Notes: a model not told the origin generated them from the sequence alone. A stretch of 60,339 nt of DNA, filler included, from 5 parts of 5 records of this genome joined end to end with filler, not necessarily neighbours in it, one strand, 5' to 3'; shown: positions 29,940-41,647, numbered from the whole stretch's first letter. Made by a program: numbers and translations.

Positions 29940-31076
29940 TCAGGCAGGTTCCAGCGATTGTATGGCCGATTCAAAGCGGCCGGTGCCTGTGGCTACAAAA
30001 CGGGTGCCATTTATTACCTTAAGGTCCCCGGAATCCTCTAGCAGTTCACAATGGCTAAGGATTTCATTTTCGGCCATGGCCATGCCCATCCCTTTGAGCA
30101 GGTCGGGCTTATAATGTTTCCGTGCAATTTCCCGGGCGGTCTTCGGGTCTCCAATGGTCACAATATCCATAATATCCCCGCACCTTTGAATGTGATGCAT
30201 AATAATTTGGTTTATTCTTTCGGGCAAATCGATTTCATTCCACCGGTTGTTGTAATAAAGCCGATGGGCGGGAAGGACCAGAAGCTGGGGCTTCTGCCGG
30301 ATGAGCCTGTCAAGCTTTTTAAGGGACCGAATATAGGTGGCGAGGCCGTAAACCATCCGGCTCTTGTGGCCGTTTGGGTAGAGGATTTTTTTGACCTGGT
30401 GGAAAAAACGCTTCTGGGTGGGCATGGGGGTGATATGGGAAAGTATCGTATCCCCCACCAAGACCGCTTCTTCTCCCAGAAAGACGGCCAGGGCGTCGGG
30501 GCTGTGTCCGGGCAGGTGAAAGGTAGTGGCGCATGCATCGATTCTGTCGCGGCCATCCTCCACAATGTGGATCTTCAGCATTTCCCGTTCCCGGTGATAG
30601 ACGCGGCAGTGACGGTCGGAAAAAGATGTCGGCATGAAACAGTGCCAACAGGAGGCGGGGAACTCCCTTTTCAGGTCATCGGGAGCTGTTTCAGGGTAGG
30701 GGCGCATAAGCCGGTCATAGATCCAGTGGGCCTTTATCTTTGCGCCGGTGGCGTTGGCCATTTCAAAGAGTCCGCCGTCATGGTCTTCGTGTCCATGGCT
30801 GATGACGATGCCCTTTAAGTCATTCCCTGAAAAACCGGCAAAGGCCATCATGGAAAGTAGCTTTCTTCCCATACGGAACCGTCCCGTGTCCACCAGAAAG
30901 GGTTCATCGGAGCAGACCAGGTAGTTCCAGGTGGGACCCAGATCCCACTCTCCCCCGTAGAAGTTTTCCGTGGGAAGCCCCAGTATCTCCAACCCGGAAG
31001 GGAGGCGAAATCGAACAACCATACCGTTCCCGTTTGGTTCACCTTTCTGTAAAACTTTATGTATATTTTCCAACAT
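29940..31076 (-). CDS. Metallo-beta-lactamase-fold hydrolase
   Basis: LVDTG, SHGHEDHDGG (HxHxDH), PGHSPD, LVGD, LPAH. Confidence 0.88.
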   Translation of the reverse strand: MLENIHKVLQKGEPNGNGMVVRFRLPSGLEILGLPTENFYGGEWDLGPTWNYLVCSDEPFLVDTGRFRMGRKLLSMMAFAGFSGNDLKGIVISHGHEDHDGGLFEMANATGAKIKAHWIYDRLMRPYPETAPDDLKREFPASCWHCFMPTSFSDRHCRVYHREREMLKIHIVEDGRDRIDACATTFHLPGHSPDALAVFLGEEAVLVGDTILSHITPMPTQKRFFHQVKKILYPNGHKSRMVYGLATYIRSLKKLDRLIRQKPQLLVLPAHRLYYNNRWNEIDLPERINQIIMHHIQRCGDIMDIVTIGDPKTAREIARKHYKPDLLKGMGMAMAENEILSHCELLEDSGDLKVINGTRFVATGTGRFESAIQSLEPA

Positions 31077-31442
31077 GCTTATATCCTTATTGTATTACTA
31101 TTTAACATCCGCTTTTCCGGTTGTTTCGGCCTGAATTTTCTCCTTTATGCCTTTTTAAACGGGGCAATGCCAGCGGAAAAGTGAGAGCTGTTCCGAGTGG
31201 GATCCTTGTGAAAAAGAGAGATTTTGAAGCCCTGTTCCCTCAAATTATCCATTCACTTTCCACTACCGGCCGTGGTATAAGTTTATCTATTCATCCATAT
31301 TTTTGTCATCAGAATTTCAATTGGATTTTTGATCGTCCTTTTCTCCCATGCCTCCCGTTCCATTGATGCTTCCATCTAGGGGTGATCGGGGAAAACCGTA
31401 AACGGAATTTTGATTGATGATTTTTGATAGGGAGATCATAAC

Positions 31443-31769
31443 ATGATGAAGATGGCATGGACCTGCTTGATTGCGGCGGGGCTTTTTGAAATCGGATGGC
31501 CCGTGGGATTGAAAATGGCGCAAACCCCCGGGAAGACTGTTATCGGCGTTTTACTTGCCGCTTCCTGCATGATTGTCAGTGGTTACCTGCTATACCTGGC
31601 CCAGCGCCACATCCCCATGGGCACCGCCTATGCGGTATGGACCGGCATCGGGGCCGCCGGCACATTTGTGTTAGGTATTTTCCTCTACGGCGATCCCACG
31701 GGCACCCTGCGGATCTTTGCGGTACTGCTCATCATCTCGGGTGTGGTCCTGCTGAAGCTGGCCCATTAA
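31443..31769 (+). CDS. sugE: SMR-family exporter, SugE/Gdx-like
   Basis: MAW..L..AGLFEIGW.VGLK and IPMGTAYAVWTGIGAAG. 4 TM. Confidence 0.88.
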   Translation: MMKMAWTCLIAAGLFEIGWPVGLKMAQTPGKTVIGVLLAASCMIVSGYLLYLAQRHIPMGTAYAVWTGIGAAGTFVLGIFLYGDPTGTLRIFAVLLIISGVVLLKLAH

Positions 31770-31879
31770 TCTTGAACGGGAAATTGAACTCCTTGGGGAG
31801 GTTATAGATTATCGATCCGCTAGGATGGAATATTAATAACGCCGGTTTAGATGTGCCGGGTGAAGAGATGGAATTTCCT

Positions 31880-33506
31880 ATGAAGAAAATATTGGTAGTT
31901 GATAATGACAAATTCATATTGGAATTTATGAAGGATGTTCTGTCCGAGAGAGGGCATGAAGTCGTAACAGCGGAAGATGGTCTTACCGCGGTGGATATTT
32001 TGAAGACCTATACTCCGGATATCATTTTTGTTGATTTGGTCATGCCCAATATCGAAGGAAAACAGCTTATAAAAATCATTCGAGGTATGCCGGATCTAAG
32101 AGATGTCGGCATCGTTATTCTTTCTGCCATTGCCGCGGAAGAAGATAACAAAATAAAGGAATTCGGAGCTGATGCATGTATTGCCAAAGGCCCGGTTAAT
32201 GAGATGGCCAAATACATTTTGGATATTGTCGATGGGTATGGTCTTGCATCCTTAAACGGGCTATCGGGCGAAACCATGGGCGTGGCGGGTAAGCTTCCAA
32301 GGCGTATTTCGAAGGAATTGCTCTCCATGAAGAAACACTTCCAAACCATATTGGGAAAGTTTTCCGAAGGCGTTTTGGAAGTTACATCCGGGGGAAGAAT
32401 TGTTTATGCCAACCCGTGTGCCCTTTCCATAATTGAAATATCCGAGGAGAAGTTATTGGGGTCCCATTTCATTGATTTATTTACGGATGAAAACCGCCGC
32501 AGGGTAGGGGAACTTATGAAATCGTCGAGTGATCAAACACTCATAACAACCGAAGCGTCTCCTCTCCGCTTGAATAGACGTGAAATTGCGCTGCAATTCT
32601 TACCGATTGACGAGTATGCGGCTACTTCTCTTATCATCATAAATGACCTTACCGAGCGCCTGAAGGGAGAGGAAGACAAAAGGAAACTCCAAGCTCAACT
32701 CCACCGATCACAAAAGATGGAGGCAATGGGGCTTATGGCCGGCAGTGTGGCTCACGATCTGAACAACATCCTCTCGGGAATTGTCAGTTACCCGGAGCTG
32801 CTCTTGATGAATCTATCCGAAGACAGCCCATTGAGAGAACCGATAAAGACCATGCAGGAATCGGGGATGAGGGCTGCCGATGTGGTTGAAGATTTAATGA
32901 CCATTACCCAGGGGGTATCCGGCAGTAAAAAGATCCTGAATTTGAACATTGTAGTGGGTGAACATCTGAAATCCATCGAACATCGGAAATTAAAAAGGAT
33001 ACGCCCCTCTGTTCATTTCAAGATGGATCTGACCCCAGACCTTCTGAATATTATGGGTTCCCCTACCCAAATCAATAAGACCCTGATGAATCTGCTGGCC
33101 AATGCCTCGGAGGCCATTGACGGGACCGGCACGGTTACCGTATCCACAATGAATCGGTATTTGGATGAATCCCTGAAAGGGTATGAGAATGTGCATATTG
33201 GGGAGTACGCAGTCCTTATGGTTTCAGATGACGGTTCAGGGATATCCCCCGGGGATCTTGAGAGGATCTTTGAGCCATTCTATACAAAGAAGGTAATGGG
33301 TAGAGCCGGTACGGGGCTGGGGTTGACGGTTGTGTGGAACACTCTCCAGAATCATAACGGATACATAAACGTAAAGAGCAGTGACAAGGGGACGGTATTT
33401 GAGCTGTACTTTCCGGTTACCAGGGAAGAGGTTTCCGCTGAAGGGGAAGAGGTTCCCCTGGAAGATTATCTTGGGCATGGAGAGAAGATTCTGGTGGTTG
33501 ATGATG
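31880..33506 (+). CDS. Cytoplasmic hybrid histidine kinase (REC-PAS-HisKA-HATPase-REC), 3'-truncated
   Basis: KILVVDND...PDIIFVDLVMP, AGSVAHDLNNIL, FEPFYTKK...GTGLGL. Second REC (KILVVDD) at the break. Confidence 0.92.
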
Positions 33507-33606
33507 NNNNNNNNNNNNNNNNNNNNNNNNNNNNNNNNNNNNNNNNNNNNTTAATTAATTAANNNNNNNNNNNNNNNNNNNNNNNNNNNNNNNNNNNNNN
33601 NNNNNN
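33507..33606. other. Artificial contig spacer
   Basis: N44-TTAATTAATTAA-N44. Confidence 0.98.
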
Positions 33607-33852
33607 AAGGTGCTGGCGGTTGACCAAACAGCAAGAACCAAAGAGAACAAACCGATTATTGTTCGAGCGGTGACGCTTGAATTGACACCGAAAGAAGCCG
33701 AAAAGCTGTTAAGTGCCAATACCAGAGGTGCTATTCAGCTTTCACTGCGTAATCCTCATGCGGTAGAACCTAAACCCGTACGTCCATATGTTGCTCCTAG
33801 AGTAACCATCATTAAAGGCACAGATTCTTCAAGTGTCAGAGTCAGGGAGTGA
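33607..33852 (+). CDS. cpaB: Flp pilus assembly protein CpaB/RcpC, C-terminal part
   Basis: KVLAVDQ...AVTLELTPKEAEKL...G.IQLSLRNP, directly upstream of the secretin. Confidence 0.88.
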   Translation, partial: KVLAVDQTARTKENKPIIVRAVTLELTPKEAEKLLSANTRGAIQLSLRNPHAVEPKPVRPYVAPRVTIIKGTDSSSVRVRE

Positions 33853-33859
33853 GGGAAAA

Positions 33860-35314
33860 ATGAAAAAAATAATTCTAATCCTGACGCTGCTGTTTACATT
33901 GAATGTTTCAGCACTTGCAGCGACTCAAAGTGGTAAAACGGTCAACGTACCTCATCATAAATCAACTTTCGTTGAGTTATCTGGCAAAGCAACTCGCGTC
34001 TCATTGGGTGACCCGGATGTTTTGGATATTGTGATGCTCAAAGCTGATGAGCTGTTCTTGATAGGTAAAAAATTAGGATCTACCAATTTGATGGCTTGGG
34101 ATAGCCGAGGGCGACTGATTGAATCAATAAACATCGAAGTCACTCATGATGTGAATAACCTTAAAACCAAACTGTTTGAGATTATGCCGAATGAGACCGT
34201 GAATGTGCAAAGTGCGCAAAACCGTCTGATTCTCAGTGGCCAAGTCAGCTCGATGGAAAAAATGAATTTAGCTTTACGTTTGGCAGAAACTTACGCCGCA
34301 GGGCAAGCCGCAGATGACCAAACAGAAAGCCGAAATGAAGAAACAGGAAGTACAGGGGTGGTCAATCTGATGACGATTGGCGGAGCGCAACAAGTGATGC
34401 TGGAAGTCACGGTCGCTGAAGTGCAACGCAGCTTAGTACGTCGTTTTGGTTCTAACTTTAACTTCTTCCAAACCAACGGTAATTTTTCCATCGGTGGTAC
34501 CAGCGCTGGGGGAGGGTTTCTTGGAGCTAACCCGATATTTGGTGCGCCGATTGCTGAAAGTACCGGCATTCTATCGTCATTCATCGACAGTAATACGTTA
34601 TTTACTCTGGCACTCGATATCGCTAAAGAAACCGGGGTAGCAAAAGTACTGGCCGAGCCGAATCTAACCGCATTAAGCGGTGCCAAAGCCGAGTTTCTTG
34701 CCGGTGGTGAATTCCCTATTCCTGTGCCGGATGACAATGGTATCACCATTGAATACAAAGAGTATGGGGTGGGAGTTAAGTTTGTTCCGACCATCCTCAG
34801 TGACAAAAAGATTAACTTAAACTTGGCCGTTGATGTCAGTGAAATCGCGACATCGACAACCTTATCTTTAAGTGCTTCTGGTACCAACGCTACGTATTAT
34901 ATTCCTCCGATTACTCGCCGTAGTGCCTCTTCCACCCTTGAGCTTGCTGATGGGCAAACCATTGGTATTGCTGGCCTGCTTAGCGAAAACGTGCGTGATT
35001 CAGCGTCTAAGTTACCTGGAATTGGTGATGTGCCGGTACTAGGGCAGTTGTTTGGTAGTCAGGAGTACATATCGGGTGAAACAGAGTTAGTGATATTAGT
35101 CACACCTAGACTGGCTAAACCTGTTGACCGTTCTAAAATTAAATTACCAACTGATGCTTTCGTTGAGCCAAATGATCTTAAATATTACCTATTAGGTCAG
35201 GGGGCATATATCGCTAAACCGGATGAAGCCAAAGGTGCTCAACCCAAGCAATATGACGATCTGCAAGACCCATCTCGAGGTGGTGCAGAGGGCTCATTTG
35301 GTCATGAGATGTAA
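33860..35314 (+). CDS. rcpA: Tad secretin RcpA/CpaC
   Basis: QQVMLEVTVAEV, LAEPNLTALSG..AEFLAGGEFPIP, LPGIGDVPVLGQLF, ETELVILVTPRL. Confidence 0.95.
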   Translation: MKKIILILTLLFTLNVSALAATQSGKTVNVPHHKSTFVELSGKATRVSLGDPDVLDIVMLKADELFLIGKKLGSTNLMAWDSRGRLIESINIEVTHDVNNLKTKLFEIMPNETVNVQSAQNRLILSGQVSSMEKMNLALRLAETYAAGQAADDQTESRNEETGSTGVVNLMTIGGAQQVMLEVTVAEVQRSLVRRFGSNFNFFQTNGNFSIGGTSAGGGFLGANPIFGAPIAESTGILSSFIDSNTLFTLALDIAKETGVAKVLAEPNLTALSGAKAEFLAGGEFPIPVPDDNGITIEYKEYGVGVKFVPTILSDKKINLNLAVDVSEIATSTTLSLSASGTNATYYIPPITRRSASSTLELADGQTIGIAGLLSENVRDSASKLPGIGDVPVLGQLFGSQEYISGETELVILVTPRLAKPVDRSKIKLPTDAFVEPNDLKYYLLGQGAYIAKPDEAKGAQPKQYDDLQDPSRGGAEGSFGHEM

Positions 35315-35327
35315 GGAGAACTTAGAA

Positions 35328-35585
35328 ATGAAATATGCATCAATAATGCTAGTGTCATTGAGCGTTTTACTTGCAGGTTGTGCCAATCAGCATCGATTGG
35401 GGACACATGTCGCTCAACTTCGACAGCAACAAACTTATGATTCAAGTGCGACTCTTGCCAACCTAGAGGTAATACCTAGTGGTAGCGGTGAGCGGATGGA
35501 AGACGCCTATAGCGCTTACACTGGTAAGAAAGGCGCATCGATTGAAGATGCTTCTACCAGCCAAGTGCTAGCGGACTTTAACTAA
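35328..35585 (+). CDS. Small tad-locus lipoprotein (85 aa)
   Basis: RBS AAGGAG, signal peptide with lipobox LAGC. Confidence 0.8.
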   Translation: MKYASIMLVSLSVLLAGCANQHRLGTHVAQLRQQQTYDSSATLANLEVIPSGSGERMEDAYSAYTGKKGASIEDASTSQVLADFN

Positions 35586-35597
35586 GTTGAGGCTGAA

Positions 35598-36959
35598 ATG
35601 GACATGCGGTATTTGCCAGTTAGTCGGCACAAACAACAAGGTATAGTCGCCATCATTGTGACAATCGCACTGTTTTCCTTTATGGGAATCTCTGCTCTTG
35701 CCATCGATATTAACCACGCCTTGATGAATCGAACGAAACTGCAAAACAGTGTCGATTCCGCTGCTTTGTCCGCTGCTCTGGTTTTAGACCGCTCTGATTT
35801 CGCTTACGGTACCGAAGACAATGCGTTAACCATTGCGACCACCGCAGCAAATGATGCGTTGCAACAAATGGCGAACGCCAATGGCAACACTGAGCTGGAT
35901 TTTGTGACTGAGCCAGTTGAAGTCGTCGTCACCCTGTCTAACCGTCCAACTTTTACTGGGACATATGATGCATCTGGTGATGACCACTATGTTCGGGTCG
36001 CGGTTAATAACCTGCCTTTAACCAGTTTTATCATGCAACTGTTTGGGCTGAATAAACAGATTTCCGCCAGTGCTGTGGCTGGCCCTAGTGCTGGTGGTGG
36101 CAGTTGTAACCTCGTTCCTATGGCAGTGTGCGCCGTGGATACTGACGATGAACATTCAGGCTATGATGTGAATGATGTTTATGCACTTAAACTAGCAACC
36201 AACACTTCGGAGATGGGGGTGGGTAACTTTCAATTACTCAATTTTAATGCGTTTGATTCGACCAACTTAACCGAAAATGAAAAATTAAAACTCTCTGAGT
36301 TGCTTGCTGGGGCTTTTAAGGGGTGTACGCTTCCAGGAAATACAGTGACATCCAAGCCGGGTAACAATATTGGTCCGGTTGGCGATGGGCTAAATACCCG
36401 ATTTGGTGATAGTGCAAACTTAGATGCAACCAAATATCCAGGGGATGACAATACCATTGAGGCGCAGTTTACCGACGAGTATTTGAATACCCATAACTTG
36501 CCGAAAAACACCACAGTCAATGATATCTTTGACAAAATCACCGGCGCTCAATATGCGGTTGAAACAGGAACCGATCCTCAAAACAACCAAGATCTGACTG
36601 AGGATGAAATCGCAGAGTATCAGGCGGTCATTGATGAGTTTTATCCGATCAATGCCAAAGAAGATCTCACTATTAACTATGATGAATACAAAAACTCAGG
36701 CAGTGATCGCAGACGCCTTGCGGTGCCGATTATTGATTGTCCTGGAGGGGATACGGGTACCAGCGAATACTCAGTCAGCTCTGTAGGGTGTTTCTTCTTA
36801 TTGCAAAAAGCACCGACCAACAATGGTGACAAGCAGGAGATTTATGGCGAATATTTGGAAACCTGCCCGACTCCTAACGTCCCTTATAACGGGGTCAGTA
36901 ATAGCTTAGGTACATATCGTATTGTGCTTTATGACGACCCTTTCAATAAGGATTCGTGA
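35598..36959 (+). CDS. tadG: TadG-like pseudopilin
   Basis: QQG/IVAII prepilin site, ALAIDIN...RTKLQNSVDSAALSAA, Cys-containing C-terminal domain. Confidence 0.88.
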   Translation: MDMRYLPVSRHKQQGIVAIIVTIALFSFMGISALAIDINHALMNRTKLQNSVDSAALSAALVLDRSDFAYGTEDNALTIATTAANDALQQMANANGNTELDFVTEPVEVVVTLSNRPTFTGTYDASGDDHYVRVAVNNLPLTSFIMQLFGLNKQISASAVAGPSAGGGSCNLVPMAVCAVDTDDEHSGYDVNDVYALKLATNTSEMGVGNFQLLNFNAFDSTNLTENEKLKLSELLAGAFKGCTLPGNTVTSKPGNNIGPVGDGLNTRFGDSANLDATKYPGDDNTIEAQFTDEYLNTHNLPKNTTVNDIFDKITGAQYAVETGTDPQNNQDLTEDEIAEYQAVIDEFYPINAKEDLTINYDEYKNSGSDRRRLAVPIIDCPGGDTGTSEYSVSSVGCFFLLQKAPTNNGDKQEIYGEYLETCPTPNVPYNGVSNSLGTYRIVLYDDPFNKDS

Positions 36960-36960
36960 T

Positions 36961-37401
36961 ATGGCTAATAACATACGTAAACAGAGTGGCATTGCCGCAG
37001 TTGAGTTCTTAGTGACCTTACCCATGCTGTTGTTGATTATCACGGCTGTTGTGGAATTTGGTAACGCTTTTATTCGTTACAGCACGTTGAATAAGGCAGT
37101 ACAGAATGCGGTGAGATACGCGGTAGTGGACGTTTATGGCACCGCAACCTCGGACTCCATTGCCAACGAAAGCGACATTAAAAATATGGTGCTGTATGGC
37201 AAAAGGTCGTTTGCTGACAATGAAACCCCGACGCCGATTCTTGACTCTCTGACCTTAGATAATATCTCGGTCAGTCGAGTGGGTAACTACGTTGTTGTCA
37301 GTGCTAACTACGATTACCAGTCAATCCTGAACTTATTACCGATCGATGCTTTGGACGATTTAACGGTGAGCTCCTCTTCTGTTATGAGGGTGACACCATG
37401 A
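36961..37401 (+). CDS. tadE: TadE-like pseudopilin
   Basis: QSG/IAAVEF (Glu+5), VEFG, AVRYA. Confidence 0.88.
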   Translation: MANNIRKQSGIAAVEFLVTLPMLLLIITAVVEFGNAFIRYSTLNKAVQNAVRYAVVDVYGTATSDSIANESDIKNMVLYGKRSFADNETPTPILDSLTLDNISVSRVGNYVVVSANYDYQSILNLLPIDALDDLTVSSSSVMRVTP

Positions 37402-37895
37402 AAACGTATCGCAGGCAACACGGGGTTACCGTCGTCGAGTTTTCTTTGATTTCTTCCACATTATTGCTGTTAGTGTTTGGCATTTTAGAGCTGGGTTATT
37501 TCACTTTTAACCTCCAAGCAATGAATGATTTAACGCGTAAAACCGCTCGAATTGCAACGGTTTGTCAGGTGTCAGATGGCGATGTCATCAAAAGTTTAGC
37601 CCTATCAGAAACCGATCTTGTACCTAAGGGATTCACCAGTGCCAACATCGATATCGATTACTTAGATGCGTCAGGACAGGTCGTCGGCAACATTTTTGCC
37701 GCTAATGCGCCAATTAACTATGTCAGAGCAAAGGTCGTGAATTACAACTATGGATTTACAGGGCTGTTGAATTTTCTGGGCGACAACGGCGTGGTGTCGA
37801 TTCCACCGTTTGAAACGGTATTAGCTGCTGAATCATTAGGTGTTGGGCGGTTAGACCCAGAAACAGGTAGTGACGTTTATATTGATTGTAAATAA
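37398..37895 (+). CDS. tadF: TadE/TadF-like pseudopilin
   Basis: QHG/VTVVEF, ILELG, ARIATVC. Confidence 0.82.
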   Translation: MKTYRRQHGVTVVEFSLISSTLLLLVFGILELGYFTFNLQAMNDLTRKTARIATVCQVSDGDVIKSLALSETDLVPKGFTSANIDIDYLDASGQVVGNIFAANAPINYVRAKVVNYNYGFTGLLNFLGDNGVVSIPPFETVLAAESLGVGRLDPETGSDVYIDCK

Positions 37896-37914
37896 CAGAA
37901 TGCAGGGAGTGTAT

Positions 37915-39135
37915 ATGGGGGAAGCTGTGAAGTTGTCTCGCAGTGACAATAATAACATCAGGTTAAAAACCAACTTATCGATTTGGGTATTGTACTCAAG
38001 CGATAAGTTTAAGCTGCATATGATGAACGAACTGTCGCAATGCCCCAGCCTTAGCTTTGAAATTATTTCGTTACATGGGGTGATGGCAGACAGTTTTAAA
38101 AACTTTACACCACCGGATCTTATTTTTGTCGAAACCGGACCTAACTGGGCGCAAAAAGTTGTTGAGTTGCAAAATTATGATGGCCCGATGTTGGACGATG
38201 CGGAAATCAATACCTCTTTAATTATATTCGGTGATGAAAGTGATAACGGGGCGTTAAAAATTGCTCTGCGATTAGGTGCGGCTGACTTTATCTCCGATGG
38301 CTCAGAAATCGGTGATCTTTTACCCCTACTGAAAAATGTGGCTGAAGAGAAAATTGCAGCAAGAAAACTGGGTAAATTGTTTGTCTTTCTCAATAGTAAA
38401 GGCGGCTCAGGCGCAACCACCATCGCTTTGAATACTGCGGTAGAAATCGCGATGGAGAACAAAGATAAAGTGCTGCTGCTTGATTTAGATATTCACTTTG
38501 GTGTGGTGATGGATTATCTCAATATCAATCCGGCTTATAGCATCAATGACGCTATTGCCAATGTGAAAGATATGGATGAAATATCGCTCAATGCTCTGGT
38601 ATCAAAGCATCCGTCAGGCCTGCATGTGCTGAGTTTTAAACATGAAAATCACAACGAAAATTTTGATAAGGCGATGCAAATTTCTAAGTTGTTGCCAACC
38701 TTGCTTGAGTACTACCCGTATGTGTTTGTCGATCTCTCGATTGGTGTCGACAGAATGTTTGCATCCGTACTGTCAAATGCCACCAAAGTGTATTTAATTA
38801 CCCAACAAAATCTCGTCGCGATTAAAAATGCTTCGAGAATTACTAAGGCTCTGACTTTTGAATATGGCGTCTCGCGTGAACAGATAGAGCTGATTGTCAA
38901 TCGATATGAAAAGCGCCAACAGATACGCATTAAAGATATCGAGCAAACCATATCTGGTGTGCCGATTCACATGATCCCTAATGATTTTAAAGCAGCAATA
39001 GAGAGTGCGAATTTAGGTAAGCCTTTCGTGGAATCTCGAAAAAATAGTTCGATCACCAAATCTGTAATTGAGTTATCAAATACACTCGTGCCTCTTAAAA
39101 CTAAGAAAGGCTGGCTAAAACGACTATTTTCCTAG
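37915..39135 (+). CDS. tadZ: TadZ/CpaE (atypical receiver domain + MinD-like ATPase)
   Basis: ALRLGAADF, deviant Walker A NSKGGSGATT, VLLLDLD..FG, C-terminal KKGWLKRLFS amphipathic helix. Confidence 0.92.
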   Translation: MGEAVKLSRSDNNNIRLKTNLSIWVLYSSDKFKLHMMNELSQCPSLSFEIISLHGVMADSFKNFTPPDLIFVETGPNWAQKVVELQNYDGPMLDDAEINTSLIIFGDESDNGALKIALRLGAADFISDGSEIGDLLPLLKNVAEEKIAARKLGKLFVFLNSKGGSGATTIALNTAVEIAMENKDKVLLLDLDIHFGVVMDYLNINPAYSINDAIANVKDMDEISLNALVSKHPSGLHVLSFKHENHNENFDKAMQISKLLPTLLEYYPYVFVDLSIGVDRMFASVLSNATKVYLITQQNLVAIKNASRITKALTFEYGVSREQIELIVNRYEKRQQIRIKDIEQTISGVPIHMIPNDFKAAIESANLGKPFVESRKNSSITKSVIELSNTLVPLKTKKGWLKRLFS

Positions 39136-39152
39136 CGGATTAGGGAGCGACA

Positions 39153-40664
39153 ATGTTCTTCAAACGTAAAAATATAAATCCCGATTTTCAGGAAAAACTG
39201 CTCCAAGAAGAGACGCCTGAGGTGAATAACGCTCAGGATTTAATGCGTCGTCGCAAATCATCCGCTTCAGAGAAACCTCAAAAAGAGGTCAAGGTTTCAC
39301 CGCCGCCTACACAGGAAGATGAAACGCCGATTCAGCGCAAACTGCGTGAAGCAGAAGCGAAAAGCAAAGTCGTCGATGAAACTCGCAAACAGCTTGAGCA
39401 AGAGCAAGCGACGAAACATTATTATCATCGCCGCTTACTTGAAACGTTGGACTTGGCTCTGCTTTCAAGCTTAGAAAAAGATCGAGCGAAAAAAGATCTT
39501 CACGATGCGGTTGTTCAGCTGATGGCGGAAGATCAAAGTCATGCGCTGAGTGCAGAAGGGCGCAAGCGGGTGATTGGCCAAATTGAAGATGAAGTTTTCG
39601 GCCTAGGACCGTTAGAGCCGCTGCTTAATGACTCTACCGTGTCTGATATTTTGGTGAATGGAGCCAAGAGCGTGTTTGTGGAACGACGAGGCAAGCTCGA
39701 ACTGACGCCTTATACCTTCTTAGATGATCGTCATCTGCGCAGCATTATTGACCGTATTGTAAGCCAAGTAGGTCGACGCATTGATGAATCGTCACCGATG
39801 GTTGATGCTCGATTAGCTGACGGATCTCGTGTGAATGCCATTATCCCGCCACTGGCGCTAGATGGGCCTTCGGTTTCTATTCGTCGTTTTGCGGTCGATA
39901 AGCTCACCATGGACAATTTGTTGTCATTTAACTCGATATCAGAGCAGATGGCCAAATTTGTTGAAGCGGCGGTAAAAGGCGAGCTCAATATTTTGATTTC
40001 TGGCGGTACGGGCTCAGGTAAAACCACCACGTTAAATATCTTTTCAGGGTTTATTCCCGAAGATGACCGCATCATCACCATTGAAGATTCCGCCGAGCTG
40101 CAACTCCAACAGCCTCATGTGGTGCGTTTGGAAACCCGACCTGCGAACCTTGAAGGGAAAGGGGAGATCACTCAGCGAGACTTAGTGAAAAACTCGTTAC
40201 GTATGCGCCCAGATCGTATCGTACTGGGGGAGGTGCGGGGGAGTGAAGCCGTCGACATGCTGGCGGCAATGAATACTGGTCACGACGGTTCGCTGGCCAC
40301 GATTCACGCGAATACCCCTCGTGATGCTTTGAGTCGGGTAGAAAATATGTTTGCCATGGCAGGTTGGAACATTTCAACTAAAAATTTAAGGGCTCAGATC
40401 GCTTCGGCAATCCATCTGGTGGTGCAAATGGAGCGTCAGGAAGATGGTAAGCGTCGTATGGTCAGTGTTGCAGAAATCAATGGTATGGAAGGCGACATCA
40501 TCACCATGTCTGAAATCTTCAAGTTTCAGCGTCAAGGGATGGATGAAGAAGGGAATGTTATCGGTTACTTCACGGCAACGGGAGTGATTCCTCAATGCCA
40601 TGATTCCCTGTCGAAACGTGGTTGGCATCTTCCTTACGATATTTTTAACGAGACTTTTGAATAA
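39153..40664 (+). CDS. tadA: TadA/CpaF assembly ATPase
   Basis: [50 protein letters not shown]. Confidence 0.97.
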   Translation: MFFKRKNINPDFQEKLLQEETPEVNNAQDLMRRRKSSASEKPQKEVKVSPPPTQEDETPIQRKLREAEAKSKVVDETRKQLEQEQATKHYYHRRLLETLDLALLSSLEKDRAKKDLHDAVVQLMAEDQSHALSAEGRKRVIGQIEDEVFGLGPLEPLLNDSTVSDILVNGAKSVFVERRGKLELTPYTFLDDRHLRSIIDRIVSQVGRRIDESSPMVDARLADGSRVNAIIPPLALDGPSVSIRRFAVDKLTMDNLLSFNSISEQMAKFVEAAVKGELNILISGGTGSGKTTTLNIFSGFIPEDDRIITIEDSAELQLQQPHVVRLETRPANLEGKGEITQRDLVKNSLRMRPDRIVLGEVRGSEAVDMLAAMNTGHDGSLATIHANTPRDALSRVENMFAMAGWNISTKNLRAQIASAIHLVVQMERQEDGKRRMVSVAEINGMEGDIITMSEIFKFQRQGMDEEGNVIGYFTATGVIPQCHDSLSKRGWHLPYDIFNETFE

Positions 40665-40675
40665 GAGGTAAAGCA

Positions 40676-41644
40676 ATGGAACAAGATACCCTGTACTTTT
40701 TTGCTTTACTGTTTGTTGCGGTATTTCTTATTTCTCAGGCATTTTTAATGCCTGCCGCGGGCAATAAGGCAAAACATAAAGCCATTAGTAAAAGGCTGAA
40801 AGAGAGCCAGTCACAAGTCGATGAACAGAGTCGTTCACTACTGAATGAACATTACATTAAGAGTTTATCGCCCATAGACCAAAAATTGGTGAGTTACAGC
40901 TATTTCGCCAATATGAAGAAAAACCTGGAGCTTGCTGGTATTGGACACTCTTTAACACGGGTGGTCACCTATACGGTTTTGTTCCAACTTTTGGTTTTTG
41001 TGGGGCTTTTCCTTGTTGGATTTGAGTTCTTTATCGCCATAGTGATGAGCTTCATCGTGTGGTTGATGTTGTATTTTATGATTAAAAATAAAATCTCAAA
41101 AAGGCTAACCAGATTTGATGAGTTGTTTCCTGATGCGCTCGATATTATGAAGCGTATGTTATCTGCTGGGCACCCTATCAATTATGCATTCAACGAAGTG
41201 GGGAATGAGTTGCCTGCTCCTGTCGGGGTGGAATTTAAAAGTACTTTTAACTTATTGAATTACGGCTATGACATTCGTTTAGCGATGATGCAAATGGTTG
41301 AGCGAAACCCCACCGTATCCATGTTTGCCTTTTCCAGTGCCGTTTTGCTGCAGAAAGAGACCGGTGGTGATTTAGCGGAGAACTTAGACAAAGTGTCGAG
41401 GGTATTACGTGCTCGGTTCAAGCTACAGAGAAAAATAAAAACCCTCTCAGCAGAAAGCAAAATGTCGGCTTGGGTGTTGATGTTAGCTCCTTTTGCCATC
41501 TTTATTATGCTCAGCCTCATTAGCCCCGGTTATTTGGAACCTCTTTATATGGATCCTCGGGGGCACCAATTACTTATGTATGGTGGTGTGGGCTTATTTG
41601 TTGGTGCTTTGTGGATTCGAAAAATCATCAATTTTGAGGTTTAG
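40676..41644 (+). CDS. tadB: TadB platform protein
   Basis: FPDALDIM.R.LSAGH, LQKETGGDLAE, LSAESKMSAW. Confidence 0.93.
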   Translation: MEQDTLYFFALLFVAVFLISQAFLMPAAGNKAKHKAISKRLKESQSQVDEQSRSLLNEHYIKSLSPIDQKLVSYSYFANMKKNLELAGIGHSLTRVVTYTVLFQLLVFVGLFLVGFEFFIAIVMSFIVWLMLYFMIKNKISKRLTRFDELFPDALDIMKRMLSAGHPINYAFNEVGNELPAPVGVEFKSTFNLLNYGYDIRLAMMQMVERNPTVSMFAFSSAVLLQKETGGDLAENLDKVSRVLRARFKLQRKIKTLSAESKMSAWVLMLAPFAIFIMLSLISPGYLEPLYMDPRGHQLLMYGGVGLFVGALWIRKIINFEV

Positions 41645-41647
41645 TCT

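Noticed and set aside
31080..31442. Guanidine riboswitch upstream of sugE/gdx
   Set aside because: Expected from gene context, but I could not find class I-IV hallmarks such as twin ACGR-loop hairpins. An Rfam/Infernal scan would settle it.
21649..33506. Both kinases appear truncated (pseudogenes?)
   Set aside because: The breaks fall at contig ends within highly repeated motifs (H-box and REC start), typical of assembly breaks.
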